Shown: positions 37,836 through 51,133, counted from the first letter of the whole stretch. The stretch is 63,953 nucleotides of DNA, filler included, from Sphacelaria rigidula (GCA_964200075.2; 11 parts of 11 records of this genome joined end to end with filler, not necessarily neighbours in it), one strand, 5' to 3'. A program made the numbers and translations. Notes: a model not told the origin generated them from the sequence alone.

Positions 37836-40263
37836 GTGCGTACCGTGGGCACAGGGCGGTCGATGCAATACACTTGTGAATAAACAGTCGTGCCGCAACA
37901 TCCACTCGGCAAATAGTTTTTCGAAATCTGTTGTGTGACGGGGACGGGGCTCGCATAAACGTGAAATTGATGCGTATTTTGTCGAGGTCCGCCGACTACA
38001 TGGAGGCTGCTCCTTCAACAGTACAGACAGTACAGTAAGCAGTACATCGCGGACTCTCGTGTCTCGAGACAACGGTGCTCGAAAAATGATGTTCCGTGTG
38101 CTATACAAAAACAGACGGGTTCACCTAGACCTTACTCATACAGGACAACCAACTACTACTACTGTAGTCCTGTGGTGTACAAAAGTGAAGACAGACAGGG
38201 CAAGTACAAAGTACGTTCGTGCCTTCCTCTTGCGCATCATGAAATCAACACATTTTTGAATATCAAGGATAGATGGACACACAACTGTTGTTGTGTATAC
38301 AAAACGACTATAATGGCACACGTGGTGAAACAGCGTCATGTTCAGTGACTTATTGGTGGGGGGGGGAGGCTCTTTCTGTGAATGATTCATATGCGTACTC
38401 GTACTGTACGCGTTTATCCTGATTTTCTTCACATCGCGTAGGTTTGCATGCGTGGGCGTCAAACCCTTAGACCGCGGTGCGGGTAGTCCATCTGGATCAC
38501 GGGTACTTTTTTCAAGTGAATCTTGATGCCGATTCGGCAGGTGACCTACCCTCGCGGTCAGAGGGTTTGATTTCTTCTGTTGGGCGCTTTGTTCATTAGG
38601 AGGACTACTGTTCTGTACTGTGCTGCCGTATGTGCCGTACGTGTGCAGGACTGCATTGAACAAATGCTCTCGTCCTCCATGTGCCCCTCCCTATTTGTAC
38701 TGTTGCGATATCATACACGTGTTCTATACTCAAATCAAGATAACACGCGTTACCCCAACCAGCGCCCAATAGAAATACTCAGTCCGAGTACTTATCACGT
38801 GTGACGTTCACATGACACCAAGGGCTGTTCTTGTTGTCGGTAAATACCGTCATGTCATTTTCGAAAGACAGACTGCCCCCGGACCTTTTCTCAGGGGATG
38901 TAAAGGCAAAACTCAGAGCGCATTATAAGAATACCGACAAGTGAAACTACAGAGAGAGGGCTGGCCTACAGTCGGCCCGTTGCGAAATTCGGGGCTGCCA
39001 CACTGGCCGGACCCTTTGTGCTACTCGCCTCATATTCATGAGCAGCAATCAATCGTTTCCCTTGGAGGAGGCGGCGGGTTTACTACAAACATGACGATTG
39101 TTGAGTCTCTCGCGAGTGGGCGTTGTTGCCCTTTCAATCGGACCCCGTCGCCTCAGCTTTACGGTCTAGTCTAGCTGGTAGCATGTGTCCCAAGCCACCG
39201 CCCGGTTATCTTCGAGCGGGAGGATCAAGCAGCGGCCCCAAGACATTATCGCGCGACAAGTGAAATGTAGCTCTGAGGCACTGCACTGTCAAGATACGCT
39301 GGGCGAGAACCATGTACCGCAGTTGTTGTTGTTGTTTGAGGAGGGAAGGGGGTGTTATTGCCGAAATCTTGAGTTTTGCAGCTGTTTTCATGTTCTATGT
39401 GTCCCTCTGCCTGGATATGCCACACCGTGTGGATCTGGTATTTCCATCGGAGGAGCAGCAAAGCCATGTCCCTCACGTTGGCATTATTTACATGGGCTCA
39501 AGCCGATTGCTGTTGCACTTGTAGCCCCCTGTCAACACTTTGACGCGCGACGCTACCGTCCGGAACAACATCGGTGGTTGCCATTTCAATCCGGGTATCT
39601 TGAACGGTTCAACCCTTGGACCTCGAGGGTAGTGTAGCTGGACCACGCATACCTTTTTCAAGTAAAGTTGATGCCGATTCGACAGATGACCTACTCTCGT
39701 CGTCGAAGGGTTAACTTTTTCAGTCGCGTCTCTCCGGTATGCCACCACCGGAACCAACGGCAACCTGAAACCGGTTGGGCCGAGCTAAGGGCTAGAACCA
39801 CAAACTAAGATGCGTTTTTGCTTCTGACGAGCACTCGTACAGCATCTGAAATCTACCATTGGCGACCGGAGGTCGTGAGGGACGAAGAAATCCTAACCCT
39901 CGGACGGCGAGAGGTATGTCATCTGTCCGTTGAATCGGCGTCGATTTCAATCGGAAAAACTGTGCATGATCCAGATGGACCACCCTCGCGGTCTAAGAGT
40001 TGACGCAGAGTCCACCCGGTGCGGTGGTGCTAAGAATCCAAATCGCAATACAGCGGACCGTGCCAAAATGTCAGTTATATTTCAAGGGAGAGAGATGGGT
40101 TGATCCTTGGAGACTCGTGACCCATGCCGATAAAGGCGAGGGGGTTGAACGTACGATGGACGAATCGAGCGGGCTGCGAGCGCGCAGATATCAATATCTT
40201 GGACGCCCGGAGGCCCGCCCCTGGATGGATTATACATGGACAGCCTCTGGGGGTGAGGGGGGG

Positions 40264-40477
40264 CGTACTCAATTGTTGCTTACCTTGGTCGTTCGGCCAA
40301 TGACCACCCATCCATTTCGAGACGGAGCACCGTTCCTACTCCTGATAGAGACACCTCATTCCGGCACTCATTACGTTTCTTCCATACATTACACAAGAAC
40401 CTTTCACATATCTTATCCCCGTCCTGTCTTCCCGTCTGTGGCGTGGCCACCATCTATCTCTTAGTATAGCCGTCGTT
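40264..40477 (-). mobile_element. 5'-truncated LINE with TSD
   Basis: Reverse complement of the 17472-17702 tail; flanked by GGGGTGAGGGGGGG and GGAGTGAGGGGGG. Confidence 0.85.
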
Positions 40478-40922
40478 TGGAGTGAGGGGGGTTGTTCGGA
40501 GTAGTTGTTCCTTGGGGAGAGTCCGACGTCCGACGCGTGCGTGGAAATAACATGGCCTTGCATTTACCAGCCGGTCGCCCCGGTGGCTCAGTTGGTAACC
40601 TCGTAACCTTCTGATGGTTGAGTTGGGGGGTTCCCGGAGCGATCTGGAACCTTTTCTCACACCNNNNNNNNNNNNNNNNNNNNNNNNNNNNNNNNNNNNN
40701 NNNNNNNTTAATTAATTAANNNNNNNNNNNNNNNNNNNNNNNNNNNNNNNNNNNNNNNNNNNNAATCAATACAACCGCGAGTGGTAACAGTGGGAAATAG
40801 TGTTGGAAAGGGGCTTTGTGAAGAGAAAGGGTGTGCGGGGGGGGGGGTTATCATTGTTCCGCGTGATATACTGGTGTATCGTACTCTCCGTAAACATACG
40901 GTATGGCACTGCGCGTGAATAC

Positions 40923-41029
40923 CTGTGTGAAAATGTCGAGAATTTCCCTGCCTTTATTTTTCTCCTCGGCCAAGAACTGGCAGGACGGGGTCAGCAGCTG
41001 CACCGCCGCTCCGATGTGGTGAGAGAAGT
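40923..41029 (-). CDS. Internal exon of an unknown protein
   Basis: CCAG|...CAG|GTATTC; phase 1 start: (D)FSHHIGAAVQLLTPSCQFLAEEKNKGREILDIFTQ; phase-compatible with exon 44468-44600. Confidence 0.65.
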
Positions 41030-42234
41030 CTGGAGAATATGCGCGCGTACAAATAGTAGTTCAAGAAGATCGCGAGAAAAAAGCACAAATGTATTATATT
41101 TGATGGCGAAAAACTTGTTGAGATTTACATTAGTGTGTTTGTCGCTCAGGACCGTGTCCAAAGGGAGCACAAATAAGCTCATCATGGCGTTGGACACGGA
41201 ATTACAAGAATATATTCAAATAATATATAGGTTGGGTTGGGGCTCGTATTATTGGTTTTTGAACAAGGGGAACACAATGGAGAGTTTCGGAAGAAGCTTG
41301 TTTGTCATTTCAGAGTGCAAATATCTCAGGATTAGAGTATAAAGAAAAATTATTTCTCCCTCGGTCAAATCTGGTATCCTCCTAACTTTTTTTCGACAAC
41401 TTTACTTTTTTTTCAATTCTGCACTCTGGTTTTGAGACGTCTGCACTCTGAAATGACGAGATAGCGTTTTCCGAAACTTGCTGATAATGAATATAGATCT
41501 ATACATGAGCGCATGCGACGGTTTTGACTCAAAGTCTATGTTCACACAAAACGCTGACATAGAACAAAACAATAGACAAAAAAAAAATACTCATGAGCCA
41601 TCCCGCGAGGGAGAGGGAGCCTGCACCCACCGTATACGCATTCATTTGACGATGTTTTTTTCCCAAAATATCCGAAATCAACAAGAGACTGAACAAAGGT
41701 GCCTGCGCAAACATCAGACACACAAGTGAGGCTGTCTGTCATGTCGGCCATGGTATCAGATCATGAGGGCCGAACACTTCATTCAGAACACGAGATTTAT
41801 GGTGCATGTAGCTATCGGGGAAGGTTACCTCTACAAACATCAGCACCCTGGATTGGATAAGGACAATACATGGTCAATGAATGCAATAGACAAAAAACGT
41901 ACAGGATAAAGTATGGGCCTATTGCATTTATTGATATACAACATGATATATATATATATACGGATGGATTTGCAATAGACAAAAAATGTACTGGGTAAAG
42001 TATGGGCCTATTGCAACTATTATCGGCGCCGACAGTAGTTACAATAACATAGGCCCATACTTTCCCCAGTAACTTTTTTTGTCCATTGCATATATCGACC
42101 ATATTTTGTCCCAGGTGTGTATATGTTCGCGTGCAACAAGACGACCTGGACACCACAAGAACAGATGAGCACCACCATCGATCTATCGATCTTCCATCGA
42201 TCCCAACGGTCGGACAAGTAACGGTTCCTCTCAA

Positions 42235-42583
42235 TGTTATTATAACCTTTACATGATCCGACCCCCTTACTAATGACTCCGGGCTAGTCATTCCGGACCG
42301 TCTTCCCGGGCCTGTCACCCTGGGACTGTCATCCTCCAATCCCCAGTCTGGGCTCGTCATAATCCCGTCTGGGAGGCTCCCCGTCCGGAGCCCCCCCAAC
42401 CCGGGCACTCTGAGTTTCGACCCAAGCCCTGCCTTTCAAAGTCCGTCCCGTTCAAGTTCACGTCGCGGCTCCGCACACTCCGTACCCTTTCACCGAGTGA
42501 GAAGCTACAACCTACACACATACACACCGTCCGGGTTAGATAAGTCACACCCGCTGCCCGCAGGCCCGAGTCTTATACGAACA
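42235..42583. mobile_element. Solo-LTR-like insertion inside a family-B MITE
   Basis: Termini TGTT...AACA; removing it rejoins the MITE B sequence seen intact at 28083-28160; no 4-6-bp TSD. Confidence 0.6.
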
Positions 42584-44467
42584 TTACTTGCTCTTAGCGC
42601 AATTGATTCGTACGGTACGAATCAATCAATCAATCGTCGGGTTTCGTTTTCAGCGGTACACTCACCCCAGGGACGCGCCCCCACAGGCACGTCGTAGAGT
42701 ATAGCGCAAAAATTACATCAAGACTTCTCTTACCCGCGGTCTGTAGAGTAGTCCACCTCCAGTACACGTACGTGTAGGTTCATGATCTACAAGTGGAACA
42801 ATTTGCTGTAGGCGTTTCTATTGGTTGACGGACTTGCGGGTCTGATCGGCAGACTATGTGGATTTGAACATCACATGCTTCACGCATGTGGTTACTTCCG
42901 ATAACGAAGGCTGTGTGTTTATGAATAACAACTGTCTTAAAGTCTCCAGGCCCTGGTGAGGGAGGAAGCCCTTGGAGCAATCTTGTGACCTTGTTCTGAG
43001 TCCAGGAGGGCTCTATAGGTCAACGTTTTATCTCTCTCTGCCGAGCAATCAGGCCTCATAAATCGTACATTTAGTGATTTGAATCAGCGATGATTCCTCC
43101 AACCCTTCATCAATTTCAACAAGGTCAGCCACGTGTCTCGGGAAAAACCGATAGACAACACCAGCTTGCGGTCCACCTGGCAATTCTGATTATGTCGTTA
43201 TCCACACCTTCGACAATATATTTACATTGTCAAAAAATGTACTGCGTACAGTATGGAATACACTGTCTATGGCAATAGACAATATAGTCTATACCGCACG
43301 CAGTACCGTTTTCGATAAGGTAATCTGATGATCATTCTCCAGGGTGTGGTAATTACAGATGGTAACCGAATGGGAGTTGCGCGTGTTACAAACATACGCA
43401 CATACAGTATATATGTTGGACACACACACATATATGTCAGACATATATATATGTATATAATGAGAAGCGTAATTTCATGACACCAGCACATGAATGGACG
43501 ATGGATAATGACACCCTGAGTATTTCCCGAGAAAACCTGCTTCTAGGCATCCTCCAAAGACAGCCCGGGTGAACACTCACTGACTAGTGTACATAAGTGT
43601 AGACGATACCATGAGCCCTTCAATGCTACGGAGGTACTCATTCTATTGCATGCCATAGCGGCAGTTCCATTGACCTCGCACCCCTACAAAGCCGGCACAG
43701 AGCACGCCGGGTTTTCGCCGGACCAGGCCCGCTATCACCACGCGCTACGGGGGAGAGGGGGAGGGGGGATGTACCCGTGATCTTGCATGCTCGTAGTCAT
43801 CAGGTTGGCCACGGGGGGGGGCGGAGATAAAGTATGTGCGCACGTGAATGTCGGCTTCTCGAAAAACAAAGTCTGAGGTGACTCAACCGACCCCCTCCCT
43901 CACGAGGCAGACTCCGGTTCGAACCCTGGATCGTTCCACTACTTTCACTATTCTCATACCTCCCCGTTACCCCGTAAAGGTCCAAGCAGGCGTTATCGTT
44001 AACACAGCCTGCGTATACGGCATTGAGTGATTCCACCGCTCTCGGTGCCACAGTCCGCAGGAACAGGCACGAGATTACTTCACCACTTGGGAGGGTGAGA
44101 AATTTCTCGGAAATTTACAATTTCGAACAAACTATAACACTAACACTAACCCTAACCCCTAACCCCATCGAGGGAACACCGAGAACCCGCGGGTAAGGGG
44201 GTACGAAGTGTTACCTGGGCAAAGTGTGCGTTGCCAGACCTCAAATCGTCGCCCCAGGCGCCGATTTCGACAAAACCGCGTTCTGCGCACGCTAGGAGCA
44301 CGCTTGGAGCAAAGCCCCCTTAAAGATCAGGATTTCGCTGTCTACACCAAAATCAAGTCGAACTGAAATTAAACCACAGCACCCTCCCGAGTGGTGATCT
44401 ATACTGACAGGCACACAGCCTCCAGCGGGTCGAAACCCTCCCCTATCATCATCATGGGATGGCTCAC

Positions 44468-44600
44468 CTGCGAACGGGCATCCCCCAAGGCCTTCCGGGT
44501 TTGCCTCGATGAAATCCAGTACTTTCTGCTGGTGCAGCTTGGGCGGCAAGTAGCCCGTTACTATGGCGTCGGCCAGTTTGTCCGCCGTTTTCCCAGCGTG
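44468..44600 (-). CDS. Internal exon of an unknown protein
   Basis: TAG|...G|GTGAGC; HAGKTADKLADAIVTGYLPPKLHQQKVLDFIEANPEGLGGCPFA +1 nt; GC3-rich codons. Confidence 0.7.
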
Positions 44601-45830
44601 CTATTGTCATCATCCAAAAAAAGGGATAATATTAACAACAAAAATAATATAACAAGAGGAGTGAAAAAAAAAATGAACCCTTTTGGAACGCGCGAAAAAA
44701 ACAGTACAAACTCCTATATGCGACCTTTTCGTCTCCGGAGAAACGTCACTTCGAGTTGGGTACACGAATCTGTCACATTAGTAAGTATACTTGAACTTAG
44801 CATGGAGCTAGGTTTTAGTGGGCTGCATGATCAACAGGTGCAGAAAAGCAACCATAATATCTTGCCCAAGAAAATGTCAATTGTAAATCGTCACTTTTCC
44901 ATCAACGGTTCCAAAAGGCTTGACCTAATCGGGTGGGCAAGGTGTTCAGCACGCTACGCGGTGAGAGTCTTCATACGATAGGGGGGGGCTTCGATTTCAT
45001 GAAAAAATGGGCTCATAGGTGCGTCAAACTACCGAAGACAATAATCGCGGTGCGTTTATACTTGGGTATAAGTGGTATCAAGCAGTGTGAATGAACCTGA
45101 ACGAACGTTATTTATCGGGAGCAAGCGCGTTCGAACAACTGTTGCTGCTTTCAACGACAATTCTAGTATAAATTTCGTGGAAGAAAACGGCCCAAATACT
45201 CCCCCTCCCCTCCCCTCCCCTATCTTAGCATGGCTCGCGAACATCTGTTACCTACTTTAGGTAGGCTGTCTGTCGGGCAGTGACCGAATAATGGCGGTTG
45301 CCAAATTCTTGTTTTCTTGAAAAATAAATAAGAACCGTAGAAAGAGAGTTGAAAAGGCTGCTGTTTCCATCCGAATCTAGGAAGACAAATACCGTATACC
45401 GGATGTGTTCATCAAAAGGGAGGCGGGGGTTACAGCTGCACTTTTGATCCTATAGGAGTGTGGGTGACTCACAGCTGAAAGATTCAAATATCAGCTAGGG
45501 AGGTGGTCGTTAGGAGATGATGGCGAATGCCACGCAGACAATCTGAATAGTTGTACCACCCCTTGAACATGTCATCCGAAACGCTTGCGAGAGGACGCAA
45601 CATGCGTATAGTAGCATTTAGCGTTAACGCTTCGTTAATTGGCTGGAGAATGACCGCATATGCACCGGATTTAGCCACTTTGCACGCCCTGTACAATATG
45701 TGAGCAATAGTCTCAGACAAAATGATCAGGATTTTTATGTCTTGTATCGCAAGGAATAGCAGAGACGGTATTGGAAAGAGGAACCTACGTCTGTGACCAC
45801 GGGTTCGAGAGATCGAACTAATGTGCGGAA

Positions 45831-45915
45831 ATAATCATAATAATAATCATAATCATAATCATAATCATAATCATAATCATAATCATAAGGAGAACGATAA
45901 TAATGATAATAATAA
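45831..45915 (+). repeat. (ATAATC)n/(ATA)n microsatellite
   Basis: Direct inspection. Confidence 0.95.
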
Positions 45916-47789
45916 GATGCAAAAAAGAAACAATGTACTGCATGAGTGTAGCCTATTGTAACCATTTGCGAACCGACAGTAGTTACACAGAGCTACACTT
46001 TACGCAGTACAACATTCTCTATTGCAACTATTGACCACATGTATTGTCCAGGGTGTACAAATTTGACCCACTGCAGGTGGGCAAATGAACCTTTCACGGT
46101 TAGGACAAATCAACTCGTGAGTCAACTCAGAGTCATCATTTCGACGAATAAATCATACGGTCCGTACATAATTTGTAATTCACACAGCCAACCCTTCTTC
46201 ATGACTCAGGGCGTGAGTGGCTTGTACATGTACGCCATGTGTGACAAGTTCAACGTGAGCGCCCGTGTATGTTTCCCACCTTCGGATTAATGCGGGACCT
46301 ACATGAGTCATACAGGTTAATTAATCTAAAGTCATGGGCCCTGAGCCACACACACGTTTGTCCAACCTGTAATGCACGCAAGATGCCACACTGCACAATA
46401 TGTTTTATGTTATCCACCCTCGAGTGAATGTGGGACCAACACTCGGCAAAGAGTTGAATTCTGCCATTTCATGTTCATGGGGCCTGNNNNNNNNNNNNNN
46501 NNNNNNNNNNNNNNNNNNNNNNNNNNNNNNTTAATTAATTAANNNNNNNNNNNNNNNNNNNNNNNNNNNNNNNNNNNNNNNNNNNNAGTGTGGGGAAAGC
46601 ACTGTTTTAGGCTTGAGCCTCATCTCGAAGTTAAACCTCAATTCTCACAATTTGTTGTTAATGGCCGATTTGGGCAGGCAATACCTGCACATAAATAAAA
46701 ATAAAAAAGCCGAGCACGACGAGCAACTGGGAATTCCTCCGCGTGGGTTCGTTTTCTCCGATGTCGCCCATATGGGGCGATTCATGCAGCCTGGAATCAA
46801 ACATTAGGCGCTGTATGACCATTTCTTCGTGACAGTTGTGGGCTGGTTTCGGGGGGTGCTGTCGCAGAATTTTCAATGACTGCATGTAACCCTTTTGGAA
46901 TCGTTGATGGAAAACTGACGATTTACAATTGACGTTTTCTCGGGCAAGAAATGGTCGTTTTTCTACAGCCTTTGAGGAAATGATTCGCTCAAAGCGTGTT
47001 TTTCAGACCCATGCGAATGAATCGTGGAAAAAAAGAAGGTTCGCTATTTTGCGGTTATGACGAACTGTTCGACCCGCCAGTGTTCTCTAGCCCAGGCCAG
47101 AGAGCACGGAAGGCCTCCGTGAAGCAACATTCACACCGCACCTGCCTGCCCCCCCCTTGCAGTTGATGCTTTGTGCCGCATCATAACAAGCCTGTGCCTG
47201 AGTTGCAATGGCAAAGGCGACGCCGACGGCACATTTACCTCACTCATGCACCCGTCTACTGTCCGTATTCGGAGGCCGTCGCCGTCAGGCCCTATGGGGA
47301 TGCGTCCATATACTCCTCTGTACTGCGTGTGATCTTGATGATATGTTTAGCTTCTTTCAAGTGTAAACCCACGTCATGTACGCTACTGCACTCTATCGTG
47401 CGCGTTTATACGATACCATACTGCGGTTTGATCATTCCATGACGGCAACGCGGATGCCATGTACCCTGCCGTTATACACACCCCTGGCGCACCGTAGAAG
47501 GGGGGCGTCACTTTGGCGTATCCGATACAGGCTATCACTTCGTAGGCTGCGATCTTACGGCATTTCTCATCTTGCGCTTTGTGCTGTACGTTTCCACGAT
47601 GCCACCTCTATACTGCGTGTTGACTATGTCTGACCGTTACACAGCCGTACTTTATGCTGCGTGAGGTTCATGACTCCGGCTGGCGGCACCCCATTCGGAC
47701 CGTCTGTCCTCGTGAGCGGCGTCGGGGTTTCGACACTTTCGACGATAGCCCCCCCCCCCCCTCCCCTCCAAACGGTACGCACCCCCCAC

Positions 47790-49920
47790 CTCTACACTCC
47801 TGGGTGGCGTCGAGTGGCAACGGCGCTGTAAAACAAGCCATCAAAACCTAGACACATGTACAGACTGTTAGCGTACATATACCGGGGATCGCCACCAGAC
47901 AAAGAAAGTTCCGGACCGACAGACTCAACATTCAAAAACCTAAACAAGCCGATGGCTTCCCCCCGAAAACACACAAAAAAGATGTAGTAATGATATACCG
48001 AAGCTGGTATTCTCCCCCTAATTTTACTGTTCCCTTTTCCTTAGCCATTCTATTTTTCTTCCTTGCTAGTATTTTTCTTCTTTTCTTTCTTTACATGTCT
48101 CCCTTTTCCGCTTTTTTTTTTCCGTTTCCCATAACACAGTCCGGGCATAGACATGAAATAGAGAAGCTAACCTTCCCTTTTATTCAATTTACCGCGACAC
48201 GGCCCGGACATGGGCGTGAAATGAAGAAGCTACCCCCCCCTCTTTTATTTAAGTTACCATAACACAGCCCGGACATAGACATGAAATAGAGAAGGTAATC
48301 CTCCTTTTGACTTAACCTACCATAACACAGCCCGGACACAGACATGAAATAGAGAAGCTAACCCTCCTTTATATTTAACCTACCATCTTACAGCCCGAAC
48401 ATGCACATAAAATAGAGAAGTTCACCCTCCTTTATATTGACTTACGATATTACACTCCGGACATCGACGTGAAATAGATAAACTAATCTCCCTTGTTACT
48501 TAACCTAAAATAACACAACCCGGGCATAGACATGAAATCGAGAAGCTCAAACCCCTTTTTACTTAACCTACCATAAGACAGTCCGCACATCGACGTGAAA
48601 TAGATAAACTAACCCTCCTTTATATTTAAGCTACCATAACACAGCCCGGACATAGACATGAAATAGAGAAGCTAACCCTCCTTTTTGTTTAACCTACCAC
48701 ATTACAGCCCGAACATAGACATGAAATAGGGAAGCTAACCCTCCTTTTTACTTAGCCCACCATAACACAGCCCGGACATAGACATGAAATAGAGAAGTTT
48801 ACCCTCCTTTATATTGACTTACGATATCACAATCCGGACATCGACGTGAAATAGATAAACTAACCTCCCTTTTTACTTAACCTACGATAACACAGCCCGG
48901 ACATCGACATGAAATAGAGAAGCTAAAACCCCTTTTTACTTGACCTACCATAACACAGTCCGGACATCGACGTGACATAGATAAACTCACCTCCCTTTTT
49001 ACTTAACCTACGATAACACAACCTGGAAATAGACATGAAATAGAGAAGCTAACCCTCCTTTTTGTTTAACCTACCATATTGCAGCCCGAACATAGACATC
49101 AAATAGGGAAGCTAACCCTTATTTTATTTAATCTACTATAACATAGTCTGGACATCATGGAATAGAGAAGCTAATCTTCCTTTTCATATCACCTACTATA
49201 ACACAGCCCGGACATAGATATGAAAAAGAGAAGCTAACCCACCTTTTTATTTAACCTACTATAACACAGTCCGGAAATAGACGTAAAATTGCGAGAAAAA
49301 AATATCTACTTTCCCATATCAAGACGGGAAATGATCGAAATTCTTCTCTTCCCTACCATAACAAAGGTGAGACAGAATAAAACCAAAACCTAGACAAGTA
49401 ATTAACAGGATGAAGGTTGACGACCTTACATGCAAATCGAAAGTACAGAAGATATAACCAGTCAGGGTCACGGTAGGGTCATCACCCTCTCCATGTCAAA
49501 TTGCATAGAGGTTGGGGTCTCGTGGTGAGATACCCGTAAAACCTTACCGGTTTCCATTAGGCGGTGGAACTCAGGTCAGCCATTTTCAGAAATTTCCGAC
49601 TTTAGGTGCAAAAAGCGACTAATGAAGGAAAGGGGTGGGTAATGCATGACAAAAATGCCAATACCTACTGCACTCATGAAACAAACACCGTAAACATGAT
49701 CGATCACATGACCTACGAGAAGGGGTATGTAGACTTCTTGAAGGATAGAAGCTGGTACAAAGTGTGGGGGAATCGTTGGCCAAGCTTTCGGCAGCGAAGG
49801 TCTACTCGGAAGCATCAGTGGCGTAGCGACCCACGGTGAACCGTACATGGAATGGGAAGAGTGATGTACGGGACATCCCGATGTGAGTAAGGCCTTGTGT
49901 CATGCAAGCCGCTCTTGAAC
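47790..49920 (+). mobile_element. 5' portion of the RTE/RTEX-type LINE (leader, tandem array, start of ORF1 region)
   Basis: Colinear with the reverse complement of ~62125-63830 from GGCGTCGA.TG.CAACGGCGCTGT through TTCGGCAGCGAAGGTCT.CTCG.AAGCATCAGTGG.GTAGCGACCCA.GGTGAACCGTAC. Confidence 0.85.
48129..49290 (+). repeat. 63-bp tandem array, ~18.5 units
   Basis: Consensus CCATAACACAGCCCGGACATAGACATGAAATAGAGAAGCTAACCCTCCTTTTTATTTAACCTA; units start at ~48257, 48320, 48383, 48445, 48508, 48571, 48634, etc. Confidence 0.95.
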
Positions 49921-49930
49921 CTGACACGCA

Positions 49931-50243
49931 CACGTGGCAACTGGGGGCAGACTCCAGGACCTTGCAGCACCTTGCGCAACCTTGCCAGGCAAGGTAGGTT
50001 ATCCACCTTCGGTAAGGTTGAGGTTGCGCAAGGTACCTTGCACAAGGTCCTGGAAGGTCCGGCAAGGTCCGGCAAGGTACGTTGCACAAGGTCCTGGAAG
50101 GTCCGGCAAGGTCCGGCAAGGTACGTTGCACAAGGTCCTGGAAGGTCCGGTAATGTTCCGTAAGGTACGTTGCACAAGGTCCTGCAAGGTCCCGTAAGGT
50201 ACGTTACACAAGGTACTTGTGCCCCGCATTTGGAGTCAACGTG
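49931..50243. repeat. Small element with a 44-bp tandem repeat built from 10-bp AAGGT subunits
   Basis: CACAAGGTCCTGGAAGGTCCGGCAAGGTCCGGCAAGGTACGTTG at 50041, 50085, 50129, 50173; inverted ACCTTG motifs at 49959-50012; CACGT..ACGTG ends. Confidence 0.75.
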
Positions 50244-51068
50244 TCCAACCCGTTGGGGTCAATGATAAGATTTCCTTGCAGTTTATTATATCGTTTATAC
50301 TTCGTGCTTTTGCACCAAACGATCCTGCCGATTCAAGGACAGAACACGAACATATATCTATGCCCCCCCCTCACCTCCCCAAAAGGAAAAGGACAGACGC
50401 CGGCCTCAATACAATACTATGAGTAATATTGCCAACAAGTCGCAACCCGTACGAAAACCACCCCGTAGACTCATTCAAATCGTTGAGAACCGTGGTGTAT
50501 GACGCCTCTGCTGTATATATATGTAGTAACCATCGTGGCCATCAAGCATGAGTTCCACACCCCCCACCCCATCTTGATATTCGACTCAAAAAACAAACAG
50601 GGAGCGTTATAACCCCCCCCCCATCCATCTTGATATCGAAGAGGAAAACACAACACAATCCCCCCGCCGTCAACCCACGAATACCCAAGGGCTACGAAAT
50701 TGAGATGGAATCTGTGCAATACCAGATGTGTCACTTTTCGGCCCCCTTGTCCCACTACATCCCAGGCAGATGATATGCATGAATCGAACCCGTGGGAGGG
50801 CACCATGATGAATATTTATGCTGCTAAACCACTACTTGACAACTGTCAATTTCCAAAATATATCTCAAAACGGATGTATAGAAACACCAAGCGCCAGGCT
50901 CCGTCCGCTTCGTGTGCCCCGTCCGAAAAGGATTCAGCGCCACTGGTTACAGGAGAAATGTGGATGAGCACAGCGCAAGAGGAGGAAAAGACCGAGGAGA
51001 AAAGACGTTGCTCAAGGTCAGGTACATAATCTACGAAATACGCGACGAATGAAACACAGCTGACTCAC

Positions 51069-51133
51069 CGTTACTCCACCCCATACAAGTGGCCACTCAA
51101 GAGAGCCTTCGCTGAGACGAGAGAACCAACCCT
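51069..51133 (-). CDS. Candidate small internal exon
   Basis: GCAG acceptor, GTGAGT donor; GWFSRLSEGSLEWPLVWGGVT; no partner exon found. Confidence 0.3.

Noticed and set aside
48129..49290. CRISPR or guide-RNA array
   Set aside because: The whole 63-bp unit is homologous between copies, so there are no unique spacers; no cas-like gene; embedded in a LINE 5' region.
49802..50229. Overlapping repetitive ORFs
   Set aside because: By-products of the 44-bp tandem repeat, which is not a multiple of three.
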